IMG/VR virus record: IMGVR_UViG_3300028591_000017
Coordinates: 1 to 64,000 of that record
DNA length: 64,000 bases
Strand: one strand, 5' to 3'
DNA from: a virus
Lineage: Duplodnaviria > Caudoviricetes
Shown here: positions 31,901 through 39,259 of the stretch, one piece after another
Layout of the letters: every line of letters begins with the position of its first letter
Position numbering within the stretch: the first letter of the stretch is position 1
Notes under the pieces: generated by a model
Seen by the model: the letters and a program-made list of their open reading frames with translations, nothing else
Told to the model about the DNA's origin: nothing
Databases searched by the model: none
Program-made: the position numbers and the translations under genes

Positions 31901-34900
31901 ATAGCAATTATGTTATTATACAGATTGTTGCTATATAAGCCAGTCTGGTCTTCTGGTATGCTATTATCCTCTAAAAACTTCTTTAGTTTCTCGTAGAAAC
32001 TCTTAGCCCATTCATTTGAATTACCTGGAGTTGAAGACTCTATCTCCCCAACAATACTAGTCGCTACAGCCTTAAGCTTCTCAGCAAGCTCCTTTGATAC
32101 ATCATCATCTGCAGAACCGGGTATCTCATTATCAGCCCTGTCGCCAGGATTTTCATCACCACCGTCGTCATCAAGATGGTTCTCGGTATCTGTTGTGCCG
32201 ACACCAGTATCAGAATCCTTGCGCTCTGGCTTCTTATTTTGTTCGCCAGATGGCTCAAGCTCCTTATCCTCAGTAGGTATCAATACGACTGCTGAGTTAT
32301 CGATAGCATTATCATTCTCATTTAGATTAAGAGACGACAATCTACCTGCTGTCTTTCTAAGGTTCTTAAGCAATTCCTTTTTCTTTGCCTTGTTCTCGCT
32401 AATAACTGATTTTACACCGCCAGATACAGACTCCTGTATATTGTTAGCAATAAGCTTCGTAAACTCACTAATCTCCTTATCGCTATTTGATATACCAGAA
32501 AGCAATGCCTTTATGAGATCACTGTTATCACTATTCGAAGTAAGCTCGTTTATACTATCTAATATAGCTTTCTCTGAGAATATAGCTCTCTTTAAGTAAT
32601 CGAATAATGAATCAGTATCGTTTTTATCGTACTTAGTCTTGTTAGTTTTCTCTAGGTAGCCGACAAGCTTATCAAACTCCTTACGTAATACATCATTATA
32701 TCTATTACTGAACGTATCATAATCACCCTCAGGGAACAACTCTGCTTCTGTAGTTATGCCAGAATTATGCATTTTAGCAAGGAATGTTTTATACTCCTCT
32801 ATTGCGTTACCACCCTTATCTGTAAGTGCAGCTGTTCCGCTTAATGCTATATTATTAAGCTGACTATCTGCATATGCTATAGCATGATCTCTGTTTTCTG
32901 CATACAGCTTCTTTGCAAATACATCTATTATCTGCTTGATCTTCTCGGCGTCATCTATTCCTAGCTTACTTTTTAATTCATCAAGAAGCTTATCGCTACT
33001 ATACTTAGCAAGTTTTTTCTCAAACGCAGATCCGGAATTCTCATGTGCTATGTTTATTATCGACTGAGCTATAATCCTCTTAATCAAATCAGATTGGGCG
33101 CCAAGCTTTCCAATAGCAACATCTCTTTCGGCTCTAGACTTACCATTTGATTCTATTATAGATTTAATAGACTCAGAAGCTATAGTTACGATATCACTAC
33201 CATTGTTAGACTTTGATATATTCTCGATTATACCATCAAAGGCCTCACCCATAGATGCTTCGTTTATGCTCTTCATTCTTGACAGCGCAGCGTGATTGGC
33301 TAACCACATATCCTTAAGCATATCATTATTCTCTATACCAAGTGACTTGAATACATCTCCGAATGTAATGTCAGATATTGACCTAATCTTGCCAAGTGTC
33401 CGCATATATTGCATCTCACTCATGAGGTTCTTTACTCCAGTTTCTGTATCTGACCCTTTGATAACATACCTATCGTCACCTATTTTGGTGTAGTCGTCCT
33501 TACTTCTGCCTGACAAGAACTTAGATATTCCGCTAGATGTAAATGTATCTAACTTATCATCAAGCTTCTCAACAACCTGATCTGTTCTTCCTGACCTAGC
33601 AAGAAGATTGTATATATAAGCATTTCTAACTAACGCCTTTTGCTGAGATGTAAACGCATTCTGTATGCCAGAGATCTTTGCTTTGGTTGACTCAGATAAC
33701 TTACTATCATCTCTACCAAATGCAGAAACCATATTAACCCTGGCGTCATCATTGCTTATTGGAGTTGCGTTTCCCTTTTCGTCAACATTAAATGCTATAC
33801 CGGTGTCAACATCATTACCGTCTTCATCTTGTATTACTAGCGTGTACGGATCAGCGTCATTCTGTTTCAGAGTACCACCTGATGATGCTATAAGCTGATT
33901 GTAACTCTTACCATGTATATTCTTTGCATTATGCACAATAGCTTCAGCGAGTGTCCTATTAGACGCCTTGGTGAATGCCTTAGATGCAACATACTGACTT
34001 AATGTAGATGCGAGAAGTTTATCCTGCTCTGTGTACTCAGAAGTAGGCTTATTTAACCCAAACTTCTCAAGCAGTTCCTGGCCAACGGTACTAGTCTCAT
34101 CAAACGCGCTAAAATCGCCCCTTTTTATGCGATCTAAGGCGTTTTGTATCTCGGAGGTTATAACTGCATCAGCGCCCTTCATCTTCTCGTTAAACTCAAT
34201 AAAAAGGCGCTTCCTTTCGTCGTCACTAACAGACTCTAAGTTGTTGTTCTTTCTGTATGATTCAACATACGAATCAAATAGGAAGCTTCTTGACTCAGAC
34301 ATAAGTTTACTTGAGAATCTTTTGGACATAACAAAGTTTGCTGCCTTGTTTACCGCAGATGCCATCACACATTGACCACCCATTGATGTTGCCAAATGTA
34401 GGACTATGTCTAGGTTCTTCTGGGGATCTACAACATCATCCCAGTTATTTATGTGCATTGCGCCTCCCCATATGTTGTTTGCGATTTCCTCGCCGGTCTC
34501 CTCGAGCAGTCCACTCGTAACACCCATTGTATACTTAGTAAGAAGCTTATTTGCTCTACCAAAGAATGTTCTCGAAAGTCTACTTATCCCAGGGATGTTA
34601 TTTAGCGCTTTACCTATAAGGAATCCGGACCTCTCTGATCCATACTCGCCAGACGTTGCTTTCATCGCAACATCTTCAAATTCCTCTTCTGTATCTATAA
34701 CCTCACCGTTGTTATATTTCCTAAACTGCCTATGGTATGTATCGTCGCTTGGTAATCTATATAAGTCACCGGTTTTATATGAGTCGTATGTCCTTTGTCT
34801 CATCCCGAGGCCAATCGTATTTGCGTCGATATAACCCCATAATCCTATCATAGCAGCCTCATCACCAGTGGCAGCGGTCTTTGCAATAACATTAGCGAGT

Positions 34901-37059
34901 CTTGATGCCTGCTGACCTTCCTTGGTTAATTTGCCCGTAACGTATCCAACTGTTTTAGCCCACCTTTCTTCTGGATTTGACGCTATGAACTCAATAGGTT
35001 TACCTACGAACTTAGCAGCCTTATTTACAAATGACCCAGTCTTACCTATCTTAGATAAATATCCTGCACCCTTACCTATCCAGCTTACAGCCTTAACCTC
35101 GCCAGAAATAGGTATTGCAAACTGAAGCATATCAAACGCTCCGTTTGCGTAGTCATATAGGTTAGATGAGTATCCACTCTCCTTGAGCCCGTCGGATAGC
35201 TGTTGTGCCTTCTGGTTATAGTATTCAGACTCCAGCGCAAGCTTTTCAGAATCTCTCAATTGCTCACCTTTCTCGGCCTTATCCATAAGGTCTCCGGTAC
35301 CATGATCTATGAAATCCCTAACACCAAACGTAATCAAGTCGCTCCAATACCTTGCACCATTGTCGTATAGATTATTCTTGAGAGACATACCAATCTTAGT
35401 TATGGTATGATTATCTGACATCATTATGTCTTGAGCCTCAAGTGTCTTTATTGCCTCTTCATTACGTCTTTTGGCTGTATATATAGCCTCCTTATCTCTT
35501 TCAAGATCTTCTGTTGGTTCAGGCATGGATTCACTTAATGCGTCAATCTCATCTTCCTTGGCCTCTATTTCAGCCTTACGCTTATATGCAGCCTGGAGTT
35601 GATGGTCGAGCATAGACTTCATTCTTATCGTCTCGAGGTAGTTTCTCGAAGCGTTCCCACTCTTCCTTCCACTATTGACCATGGCGTATTCATCTGTAAT
35701 ATCACCGGTCTTACCTGCGTCTACTACAGCTGAATAAATATTATCAACAAGAGAGAAGCCATCAAATCCCTTTCCTCTAATAGCATTAATAAGCCCTGTA
35801 GTCGTGTATAAGGCTGAGTTAATAGAACCACTGAGAAACATGTTTTTAGCTACATTGAGAGCACCTTTATCATTCTCTCTCTCGTAGCCCATATCTACGC
35901 CAGATATATTTCTCATCGCATTGCCGTATTTATTATTGAAATCTTCTGCAATACGATTCTCTTCGTCTTCCTTACCTTTTATCTTTATGTAATCATTGTA
36001 GAAGTTCACGGCGTTATCGATAGAGCCAAAATTCTTTCCAAGCCTTTCTGTATCCTCAGCTATCTTGTTCTCTACATCAGCTATTCTCTTCTCTATATCA
36101 GCTCTTTGCTCAGGAGTTAGCTTTGGGTCTTCTAGTGCGGCTCTACCTGCATCTACGAATTTACCCATCTTATCCAAGCTTGTAATGCTCAACACATTAC
36201 CTTTTCCAACCTCATCGAACGCACTGCGCTCTATGTTATATTTATCTGCTATGCTATTCTTCTCCTCTGCAGTCTGTCTGGCAGATATACCAAGGTTTGA
36301 GGCAAACTCCTTCATGTCATCAACTGAAGAAAAGTCCTGCATTGCAGACGAGTCTATTTTGTTCTTAGCTAATTTAAGATTCTTTCTAGCCTCCTTTAAT
36401 GCAGATATGTTTTTTACATCTTCAACCAATTCGTCGGCTGATGAGCGATGATACATTGCATCCTGAAGTAATTTACTTATTCCACCCTTTTCTTTTATCG
36501 CATTAGATGCCTTTTCTATCTTATCATCAAGTATGACGCCAAGCGCGTCTATATCATCCTGTGATAATAAATTATCCTCACCAAGCATCTTACCTGCGTC
36601 TATGCCATACTTTTTGTATCTATCATCACTGGCAGCCACAAGTCCGTTTATAGTGTCCTTAAGGAGCTTGGAACTACTCTCCATGGAGTTAGTTCCGTAA
36701 GCATTCTTAAGGCTATTTATTGCAGATAGTATACGCTTAATAGGCTTGCTCTTAATAGATTTATTCAATTCATTAAGCGGAGCTGAGCTATTGGTATTCG
36801 AATTGTCGCTCGTCTCAATAACAGGTGTTGACTCTTGATCGCCCTGCTTTCTACCAGTAGGTTTTAGGTTGTTGTCGATTGAGCCTTCCTCTACGGCAGA
36901 TGCTACAATTGCATCTTCGTCGTAATTCGACTCATCTGTATCATCATTAGAACGTTCATTGTAGTATTCTGCGATGGCATTCCTTTTCTTAGCTATAACA
37001 TCAAGCATGTCCTTGCCACCATGCCTTATATAATCGCCCTCATTTAAAAATCTATTCAT
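19963..37059 (-). CDS. Giant virion RNA polymerase (crAss/phi14:2 gp66-type) with embedded zincin and PD-(D/E)XK domains
   Basis: 5698 aa. Catalytic GSDFDIDK (~23284-23307), YRVPTQ, SSDGACFI, PMKLVY and LGTQL; HEMIH at ~28770-28785; GETDMVV...IYDFK...YCNQMNMY at ~29450-29625. Confidence 0.9.
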   Translation of the reverse strand: MNRFLNEGDYIRHGGKDMLDVIAKKRNAIAEYYNERSNDDTDESNYDEDAIVASAVEEGSIDNNLKPTGRKQGDQESTPVIETSDNSNTNSSAPLNELNKSIKSKPIKRILSAINSLKNAYGTNSMESSSKLLKDTINGLVAASDDRYKKYGIDAGKMLGEDNLLSQDDIDALGVILDDKIEKASNAIKEKGGISKLLQDAMYHRSSADELVEDVKNISALKEARKNLKLAKNKIDSSAMQDFSSVDDMKEFASNLGISARQTAEEKNSIADKYNIERSAFDEVGKGNVLSITSLDKMGKFVDAGRAALEDPKLTPEQRADIEKRIADVENKIAEDTERLGKNFGSIDNAVNFYNDYIKIKGKEDEENRIAEDFNNKYGNAMRNISGVDMGYERENDKGALNVAKNMFLSGSINSALYTTTGLINAIRGKGFDGFSLVDNIYSAVVDAGKTGDITDEYAMVNSGRKSGNASRNYLETIRMKSMLDHQLQAAYKRKAEIEAKEDEIDALSESMPEPTEDLERDKEAIYTAKRRNEEAIKTLEAQDIMMSDNHTITKIGMSLKNNLYDNGARYWSDLITFGVRDFIDHGTGDLMDKAEKGEQLRDSEKLALESEYYNQKAQQLSDGLKESGYSSNLYDYANGAFDMLQFAIPISGEVKAVSWIGKGAGYLSKIGKTGSFVNKAAKFVGKPIEFIASNPEERWAKTVGYVTGKLTKEGQQASRLANVIAKTAATGDEAAMIGLWGYIDANTIGLGMRQRTYDSYKTGDLYRLPSDDTYHRQFRKYNNGEVIDTEEEFEDVAMKATSGEYGSERSGFLIGKALNNIPGISRLSRTFFGRANKLLTKYTMGVTSGLLEETGEEIANNIWGGAMHINNWDDVVDPQKNLDIVLHLATSMGGQCVMASAVNKAANFVMSKRFSSKLMSESRSFLFDSYVESYRKNNNLESVSDDERKRLFIEFNEKMKGADAVITSEIQNALDRIKRGDFSAFDETSTVGQELLEKFGLNKPTSEYTEQDKLLASTLSQYVASKAFTKASNRTLAEAIVHNAKNIHGKSYNQLIASSGGTLKQNDADPYTLVIQDEDGNDVDTGIAFNVDEKGNATPISNDDARVNMVSAFGRDDSKLSESTKAKISGIQNAFTSQQKALVRNAYIYNLLARSGRTDQVVEKLDDKLDTFTSSGISKFLSGRSKDDYTKIGDDRYVIKGSDTETGVKNLMSEMQYMRTLGKIRSISDITFGDVFKSLGIENNDMLKDMWLANHAALSRMKSINEASMGEAFDGIIENISKSNNGSDIVTIASESIKSIIESNGKSRAERDVAIGKLGAQSDLIKRIIAQSIINIAHENSGSAFEKKLAKYSSDKLLDELKSKLGIDDAEKIKQIIDVFAKKLYAENRDHAIAYADSQLNNIALSGTAALTDKGGNAIEEYKTFLAKMHNSGITTEAELFPEGDYDTFSNRYNDVLRKEFDKLVGYLEKTNKTKYDKNDTDSLFDYLKRAIFSEKAILDSINELTSNSDNSDLIKALLSGISNSDKEISEFTKLIANNIQESVSGGVKSVISENKAKKKELLKNLRKTAGRLSSLNLNENDNAIDNSAVVLIPTEDKELEPSGEQNKKPERKDSDTGVGTTDTENHLDDDGGDENPGDRADNEIPGSADDDVSKELAEKLKAVATSIVGEIESSTPGNSNEWAKSFYEKLKKFLEDNSIPEDQTGLYSNNLYNNIIAILDKNGVSKGVKEAFTSCLIIFGKDLAPQQALDEYENATRSSAQGVKESAENFLADFVYYIETGKGEKDTFLSAFEGKNQAATKAKLVYKIFDEIGEQLNENNAVEILSSYAEKLKKLSEDLINNSVAGGVDANTLQQMMDIINTIEFQIAIRDAGSGTDTTIGYLYGRSVSKNAGAFLKTKEKNINEIRNLLDARLSLVNGILAKIDGNIDNLNNIRPGLVVVSHPIKNADKKLASNVKNSAIHKDHCKMGSDNVYYVSSYRDGSGSSILTPCNGTANIAIQSNKISQAEFIVRVNDGYGNERNIAFRGVNIVSSVGKSNINARRFADFVLSNLYTESGDVNARFIEYLKRFLLIDVEDGTYNASISFRKNGDRPSVYISYINDKTKEREDIGFDLELLKNDDEATVNSFTEYLGMLSFNLRTTNFANRISDGELEFTKDFVNAMLPGIIEDEVTSGMNIAEFMQDKGMFECGASFTNGKLDTEGTYIYVRGVAITEGSMFRRLGNEVSFVPLDEEVPANEELPSDQSKSNRSLSEMNAANAGIGKNRKNVYGITSVIAGEAVSTFKGVSTKDERAVGTIFDAILRAFFDNIRDEKTTLFGIEVDINNYNKDDIKELLKSDAFKSKIIESIKEDSLVGVPESDRELMMEVMDIASSNVTKKTLSEIADSNRQEIVNEFIKYIVIQRKNNWDDIADDIEAIISQSIEVYKNLNIKSGDKIITKGDANTNSVFDGQCVAFKADQGSITINSGEMNGTDDVIFRGETDMVVLRSNGSVDIYDFKLCDAGGNIKNLENACLVGEDGKPNGKYCNQMNMYRIGCKQAGINVNVMHVLGIKVTLGDNGYVVPNNSIASFDVNETNEIGLDYSKKDVFGNTIESFKGTFNPTKSAANTVAHEAVAQSEAKPDVNSVVLGDEQKNIAKVLDAEKLDDNNLNLFERQSYIKVSNRPVQASIIKMDKDGIYVDIADAIQMVSDPIIASVMRKVVARAIENGVTKIRFSSNLGSAGRTIIRTENNKRVVSIYVNTNTIDDRGAFSETVMHEMIHAALAGLVTGNYSRRSKKLYERYQQYLSAGATDRSIVMKAIVTDFEEFIAEMGNSGSLKDFVRWSRVEKLKEKGFPKPIAKLLDLALSLIGDLLEFIGLSDISTKRVKRIVFGDISDMISKSSNNIGAADGIVIKNRANMLDIDGNKLNMSNPVKAIYGSLSSAYKGEFKSVKSTANSAILVASIVSTGKCINRDKDIYSVSSDIANVARSAIGAIERFRKLGSGALFYNEDLNDFRVLLSLIDANISNRLRSTSGNGYNDDEYAKQLLDISNALSGILTGEEISSIYSNNVVREAFNLIKGAISKSESFKNEFNDILTEIDKACSFLINKDGFSGYNDALRELNDSFENKTLLGIVGFRNKSIVGGIGVGKNNDRADSKYVMDTTYFIRNAISSARDNTINNDIASLFRHVKTKGELSKVISSVYYNMASLILEKTGVDNIVINTVFFKTQVGNAIRSLHLKISEDPKNADPMLIKQYETLRDIYDNLNADDTRDSGVISNVVIDTIRNLNSLVKFDQSSDGEYADGLQDVIQYKETAFGPLETMSKRVGLLTSIVPKSMMIGNSIVNIKDSDTGFNAYYDMKDVYQKLQEAAAGASTLREFVSNIHNAAYYSKSGVLLSFDAMLAQSELVRSDTTLSTIYDEYIEKNGTYYEFSAGYRFTSKDIASLFSYLNRDILDTVKIVMRDGESGYGIIKGRSDNTAATSEFFGVSRVIGNNIIGALNLGMYNPSDDDIVKRVEDGLDGLFKSDRSMKEILNKLGFTITLDEADRIEASGIRIPIDEIKRYVVFSIKRDKIESENNPDYEYTFTSNAFAYDREVVKEYKAIHDFIRAYTSERRVIEDSTATNSKGEIISLNKQSNYIESWLRKIRLARGGSGVYSIDKNNTVKRCSVDDSIYNDIYKYIDDSKIVQINTLSDVRRNTAGKPTDYKNRNFADYMFERAALLLNGFIVLPTMANNGFGEAIYSESRMASLFDKNGYITKTGGIRPTKLAYSELDRRARIEVRKALDTIADLRLIAGSSTEETISKYNSYGDKSIFVKNKHFKKISDKSFEVGKGVTLPRFGSIVFDLNVNGKNVTYSLNTNSIIEKILSDSKGNLNSALTKIEDVLSFVDLLYYADSLDKESSEFDRVASLLNVACNKINDVIEGHDGVDIAQSIVNYVCDKKNYIPLVCGMVKAMAKNTIDTMRDNMMFDADGNSMFTLPALDGDLFYPNIAGSDYNNTLGYMMALETLSMISLTDFENFYGFEPTIFKDDVDQTKRYQSAMSTGSEPLVAENDKPINTSSNTDEDILGETYFNYVSMKDVGVAEDMEGNVIYNGNSKEPTSMRDAFRDLAMQVLDRGMYDSDEDYEAAIDLFVEIRINKLGGEAGDKNEIASSDGACFITLEAYKKYLIKEGRYRLSDIEEYFEKLSKGEELSRPELVAIHQRCILSPMKLVYVSSTVNGDKTKSDDGVVTNKGSEQTNARVLKMAVFPLLPGMCGEGSIGRKMLKIAEKTGADLIGDAEIEKVGSSHVDEMFRYSNGKIGAVSGLDTKVIKPVKMHFQMLRRQLDTNPHEDDERKLGTQLMAILQGNLTGQEVTLSDGSVVMGDDICASIRDKMNNLQLIEKIRLYTDMIITDGVNEYIAVDKLKDIIGSAAELNKLGTDVFSAARKIGDRDAVPMSLIMSSSLIQSKIMAIVRDRVQSIQSRGGAFIQVPQTIFRGLNGTGGRQRLKLNNNKNSMDCIISVNAFSSILSGVDWSKFRKDHGIPDTGNKNEYSINEARIFLTENNIIGENANPFGVGYRVPTQSKASTLALRVVDIVGAECGDVVVLPDGYVNITGSDFDIDKLYVAAKAYVTYNNKVLGIDEYELEYKMANRNTGATGDSARKIGDKMMELRSMALASGLIDDYLKILTSPSQFAETHTTIDSGSNMFKDEDTGLIKRLNTTNSGKVTKTENGDISLYSNSLIYQINKKMENAGATDGIAPFALASVNHVYAQQANLRLSQLGSDILGGATSLSGIKSRDGIFITDWLSYFINAHVDAVKDPYILDFNVNRTTWSMATLLLRAGFGQQTLFLLSQESVRVLSAAESMSESCSYENYKARASSRKNEIIREYVGRKVREFGIDAINGSYKVVSPGENFDFSQDYMFNSDFSINPNYSFSTDEGKRVANILLGNDNPRYKTVIIGEGENEKKKFEFHNDQIDRLKAMSDMSKFGEGEKSAKETAAVYQLILLAQMNAVNKVGKQLDTIVATCQVEQGKTGINIYGFDKYLNSISGVVNTAADKKYIDNATDMYSKTHFLNKIVSIDGLLRSMFGNLSASTASNSISLYSSIIEDTGNKFNTNKRVSSALISAIETQSLIDALEIDRTTINNALFGDGGDISKSAGVMWNSFKNAISSKSIPIYNDVFDESTIDAMNILVGSVVNTSKGPISHVTKNAVFGSDNDDYIDRVKMVLSRLYYDNATVNVDGNSINTKELVEKLVVSSLFTGGLIKGRGNVFQMLMPYCCEMLDGIRGDKSVSLSDKQTSVVNSNSFATYSNEYEIALSYGHVNGIIQDYSFDTKGRFDEFEIPDIYTMKVKDSSGSGNKKRVAALSNNLPVAFVSSNSDLGNKAFVRIKVGRRSKIYIRVADSGVIKDKMHPITVSIPKVSSGSDGKSSMVGGKITNNMHIFVEAPMFSEMVGNTNVTGIYDIPSEYEDLIQNGGNADDDKSTPRALAYIDSVIKTLVAKRDSMKKDGVDTSNIDAIIGKIADKDGGRFMTSTSMASGYLEDESLFDMSVMFDTSKMEVSYVQGENDIIQSNSAIQDLTSIFTNVIVRDYCDSMEYLYEECKLNDSAAVMFKKYVDINTNIIDKNIKSSYDTIDSKMASLTIQILNDRKGSIAKNKDIPDDIKKIMYAGMDKIKDTLNGKLKTAGSNNSTYVDIDTSKDTQGGINGSVDPVNEVKEAINRCLK

Positions 37060-37115
37060 AGAATAAAAGTTATATTATAAGTATATTTGGTCCTACTCCA
37101 ACCATAATATTGCAT

Positions 37116-39257
37116 CTACTTTGCAGCTGTAGGCGTTCCAGTGGATCTTGCGCCAGGCCTATAAGCAGACCATGGCTTATGTTCTGATGTTCCAGCGTTT
37201 TTGCCAGCCTGCTTAGATGCAGCATCACGCATCTCGTCTTGTGCTATACTTCCAATAGCAACGCCAACCTTAAAGGTAATAGGACTATCCATTCTAATTT
37301 CCTGACTATTAGAGCCCCATGTATTAACGAGATCTTTGACCAATTTAACTCTATCGATCCTACCATCAACTTTAGAATTAGCCACCATCCTTCTGGCAGT
37401 CTTAATGGCATCGTTTCTTGCTGGATCCTTACCAGGAGCTTCATTACTAAGGCTTTCGATAGCATCAGCAAAATCATCAGGTTCTGCCGTACATTCTAAT
37501 ATGGCCGCCATAGAAGGAGATTTTTTATCCAATGCATTAACACCAACAGAGTTTGTCATTTTCATATGCTTGTCAAGTGCATTTTTATCATTAGGATTGT
37601 TACTGTCTGCCTTACTTGCATTGCTCTTCATATTTCTCAATACATCATTTGTGACAACAGTGTTTAACACCATGAATGGGTTATACTTATCGCCTGCGCC
37701 TACAACCAGTCTGGTTTTACCATTTCCGTCTGTGTAAACTCCGGTAGCACTTCCCTTTATGTCGTAAGTTTCTGTAGCTGTTGAATAGAATGCAGTATAT
37801 TCTGGTATGAATAAAACATCGTCCCTAAAGTTAGTAACCTTATTATCGTTAACGCTAGTTGAAGTCCTCTCCTCTGAATCACCCTCAGACTCCGTAGTTC
37901 TAACACGCTGTGTACTTATTCCGCAGTTATTGAATACGTCGGTTGTTACAACCTTTGAATTCTCGTGCTCAGAAAAGAATGTATTTTTATACTTGATTGC
38001 ACTATTCTCACCAAGCCAGCCGGTGGCAGCACCTTTATCGTGAGCACTTATTATCATAATTGCCCTGTTATATGAATCTTCGCTATCCCAGGTTTCCTTA
38101 TCTATATATTTAGGCCTGCTGTTACCCCTATATGATATCTTGTTACCACGGGCATCTGTAATGAATGATGTCCATATACCATCCTCGTTGTCCTCGTATT
38201 TACCATTATCAAAGTATGCCCATTTTGCTCTGGCTACATTATGAACATTCTCTATCCAGTCTATATCGTCACCAACCAATTTTGGTTTATTACCACTACC
38301 GCTACCATCCTTCGGTAATTGTCTATTTATCTTTCCAAACGTCCTATTGTATCCAAGGCCATATATATACTCCCTAGCAAGAGCATCAATTCCATTGCCA
38401 AATGAAATAGGACTTTCTTCATCTGAAACAAACCCGCTTCCCTTTGGTTTCTGCTTAAACATATATGGAGTATATCTACCTGTTCCGGTAAAATCATCTT
38501 TTAGTATTGCAGTCCCCTTAGCAGTTGTTTTAATAGACCCGTCGTCATTTAGGACAACATGATCCTTTAGTAATTCGTAATAATCCGATTTATCTCCGTA
38601 TCTTCCAAGGTCATTAAGCATCAGTACAGCCTTAAGTCTAGCACCAGTCATTATATCGCTCTTGTCTGGAATCATGGATACGTCTTCTGCCCAATGGCCT
38701 GGATTATATGCCTCTGTTGAAGTTAATCCATTGTCGTTGCGCTCAGACTTTGATTTATCTACATAGTCTGCAACCCACGAATCTTCTGATTTCAAATAAT
38801 GGAAACCATTGGCCTCATTTCCTTTCATCCTGCCATCCTGATTATAAAGATTTGTTGCCTCATCTACAGCCTGAACTTGCAGTTGGTCTAGATTCAATTC
38901 CGTTGCATCCCCTCTTCTTTTGTCAGCCTGTTTTTGAGCACCCTTCTGATATGCAAGCACAGGGCTCATATTCTTATTTAGATCCCTGCTAAAATCACCT
39001 GGAGCCATATTGGTTCCCAATGAAGATATCCTCTCAATTTCAGACTTTATATAATCATTAGCCTCAGATGTAAAGTCGTCATTTATGTCTGTGACATACA
39101 TCTCATTGAGGTTCTTTAGTTTCTCGGCTCTAGCATCTGCATTATCCTTTGCATCCTGTCTAGCTCTATTGGCAAAGTCATTCAATGCTTTCCAGTCTAT
39201 AGGTTCGTACGTGGACACAAAGTCCATGTCGTTCCATTGTTCAAATAAATTAACCAT
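37116..39257 (-). CDS. Putative cargo/ejection protein (C2-like)
   Basis: Lies between cargo 1 and the RNAP, as in crAss001; N-terminal FVSTYEPIDW followed by coiled coil. Confidence 0.6.
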   Translation of the reverse strand: MVNLFEQWNDMDFVSTYEPIDWKALNDFANRARQDAKDNADARAEKLKNLNEMYVTDINDDFTSEANDYIKSEIERISSLGTNMAPGDFSRDLNKNMSPVLAYQKGAQKQADKRRGDATELNLDQLQVQAVDEATNLYNQDGRMKGNEANGFHYLKSEDSWVADYVDKSKSERNDNGLTSTEAYNPGHWAEDVSMIPDKSDIMTGARLKAVLMLNDLGRYGDKSDYYELLKDHVVLNDDGSIKTTAKGTAILKDDFTGTGRYTPYMFKQKPKGSGFVSDEESPISFGNGIDALAREYIYGLGYNRTFGKINRQLPKDGSGSGNKPKLVGDDIDWIENVHNVARAKWAYFDNGKYEDNEDGIWTSFITDARGNKISYRGNSRPKYIDKETWDSEDSYNRAIMIISAHDKGAATGWLGENSAIKYKNTFFSEHENSKVVTTDVFNNCGISTQRVRTTESEGDSEERTSTSVNDNKVTNFRDDVLFIPEYTAFYSTATETYDIKGSATGVYTDGNGKTRLVVGAGDKYNPFMVLNTVVTNDVLRNMKSNASKADSNNPNDKNALDKHMKMTNSVGVNALDKKSPSMAAILECTAEPDDFADAIESLSNEAPGKDPARNDAIKTARRMVANSKVDGRIDRVKLVKDLVNTWGSNSQEIRMDSPITFKVGVAIGSIAQDEMRDAASKQAGKNAGTSEHKPWSAYRPGARSTGTPTAAK

Positions 39258-39259
39258 AG

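Noticed and set aside
19963-37059. Inteins, introns or homing endonucleases in the RNAP
   Set aside because: The frame is continuous, and I recognised no intein splice motifs or LAGLIDADG/HNH signatures.
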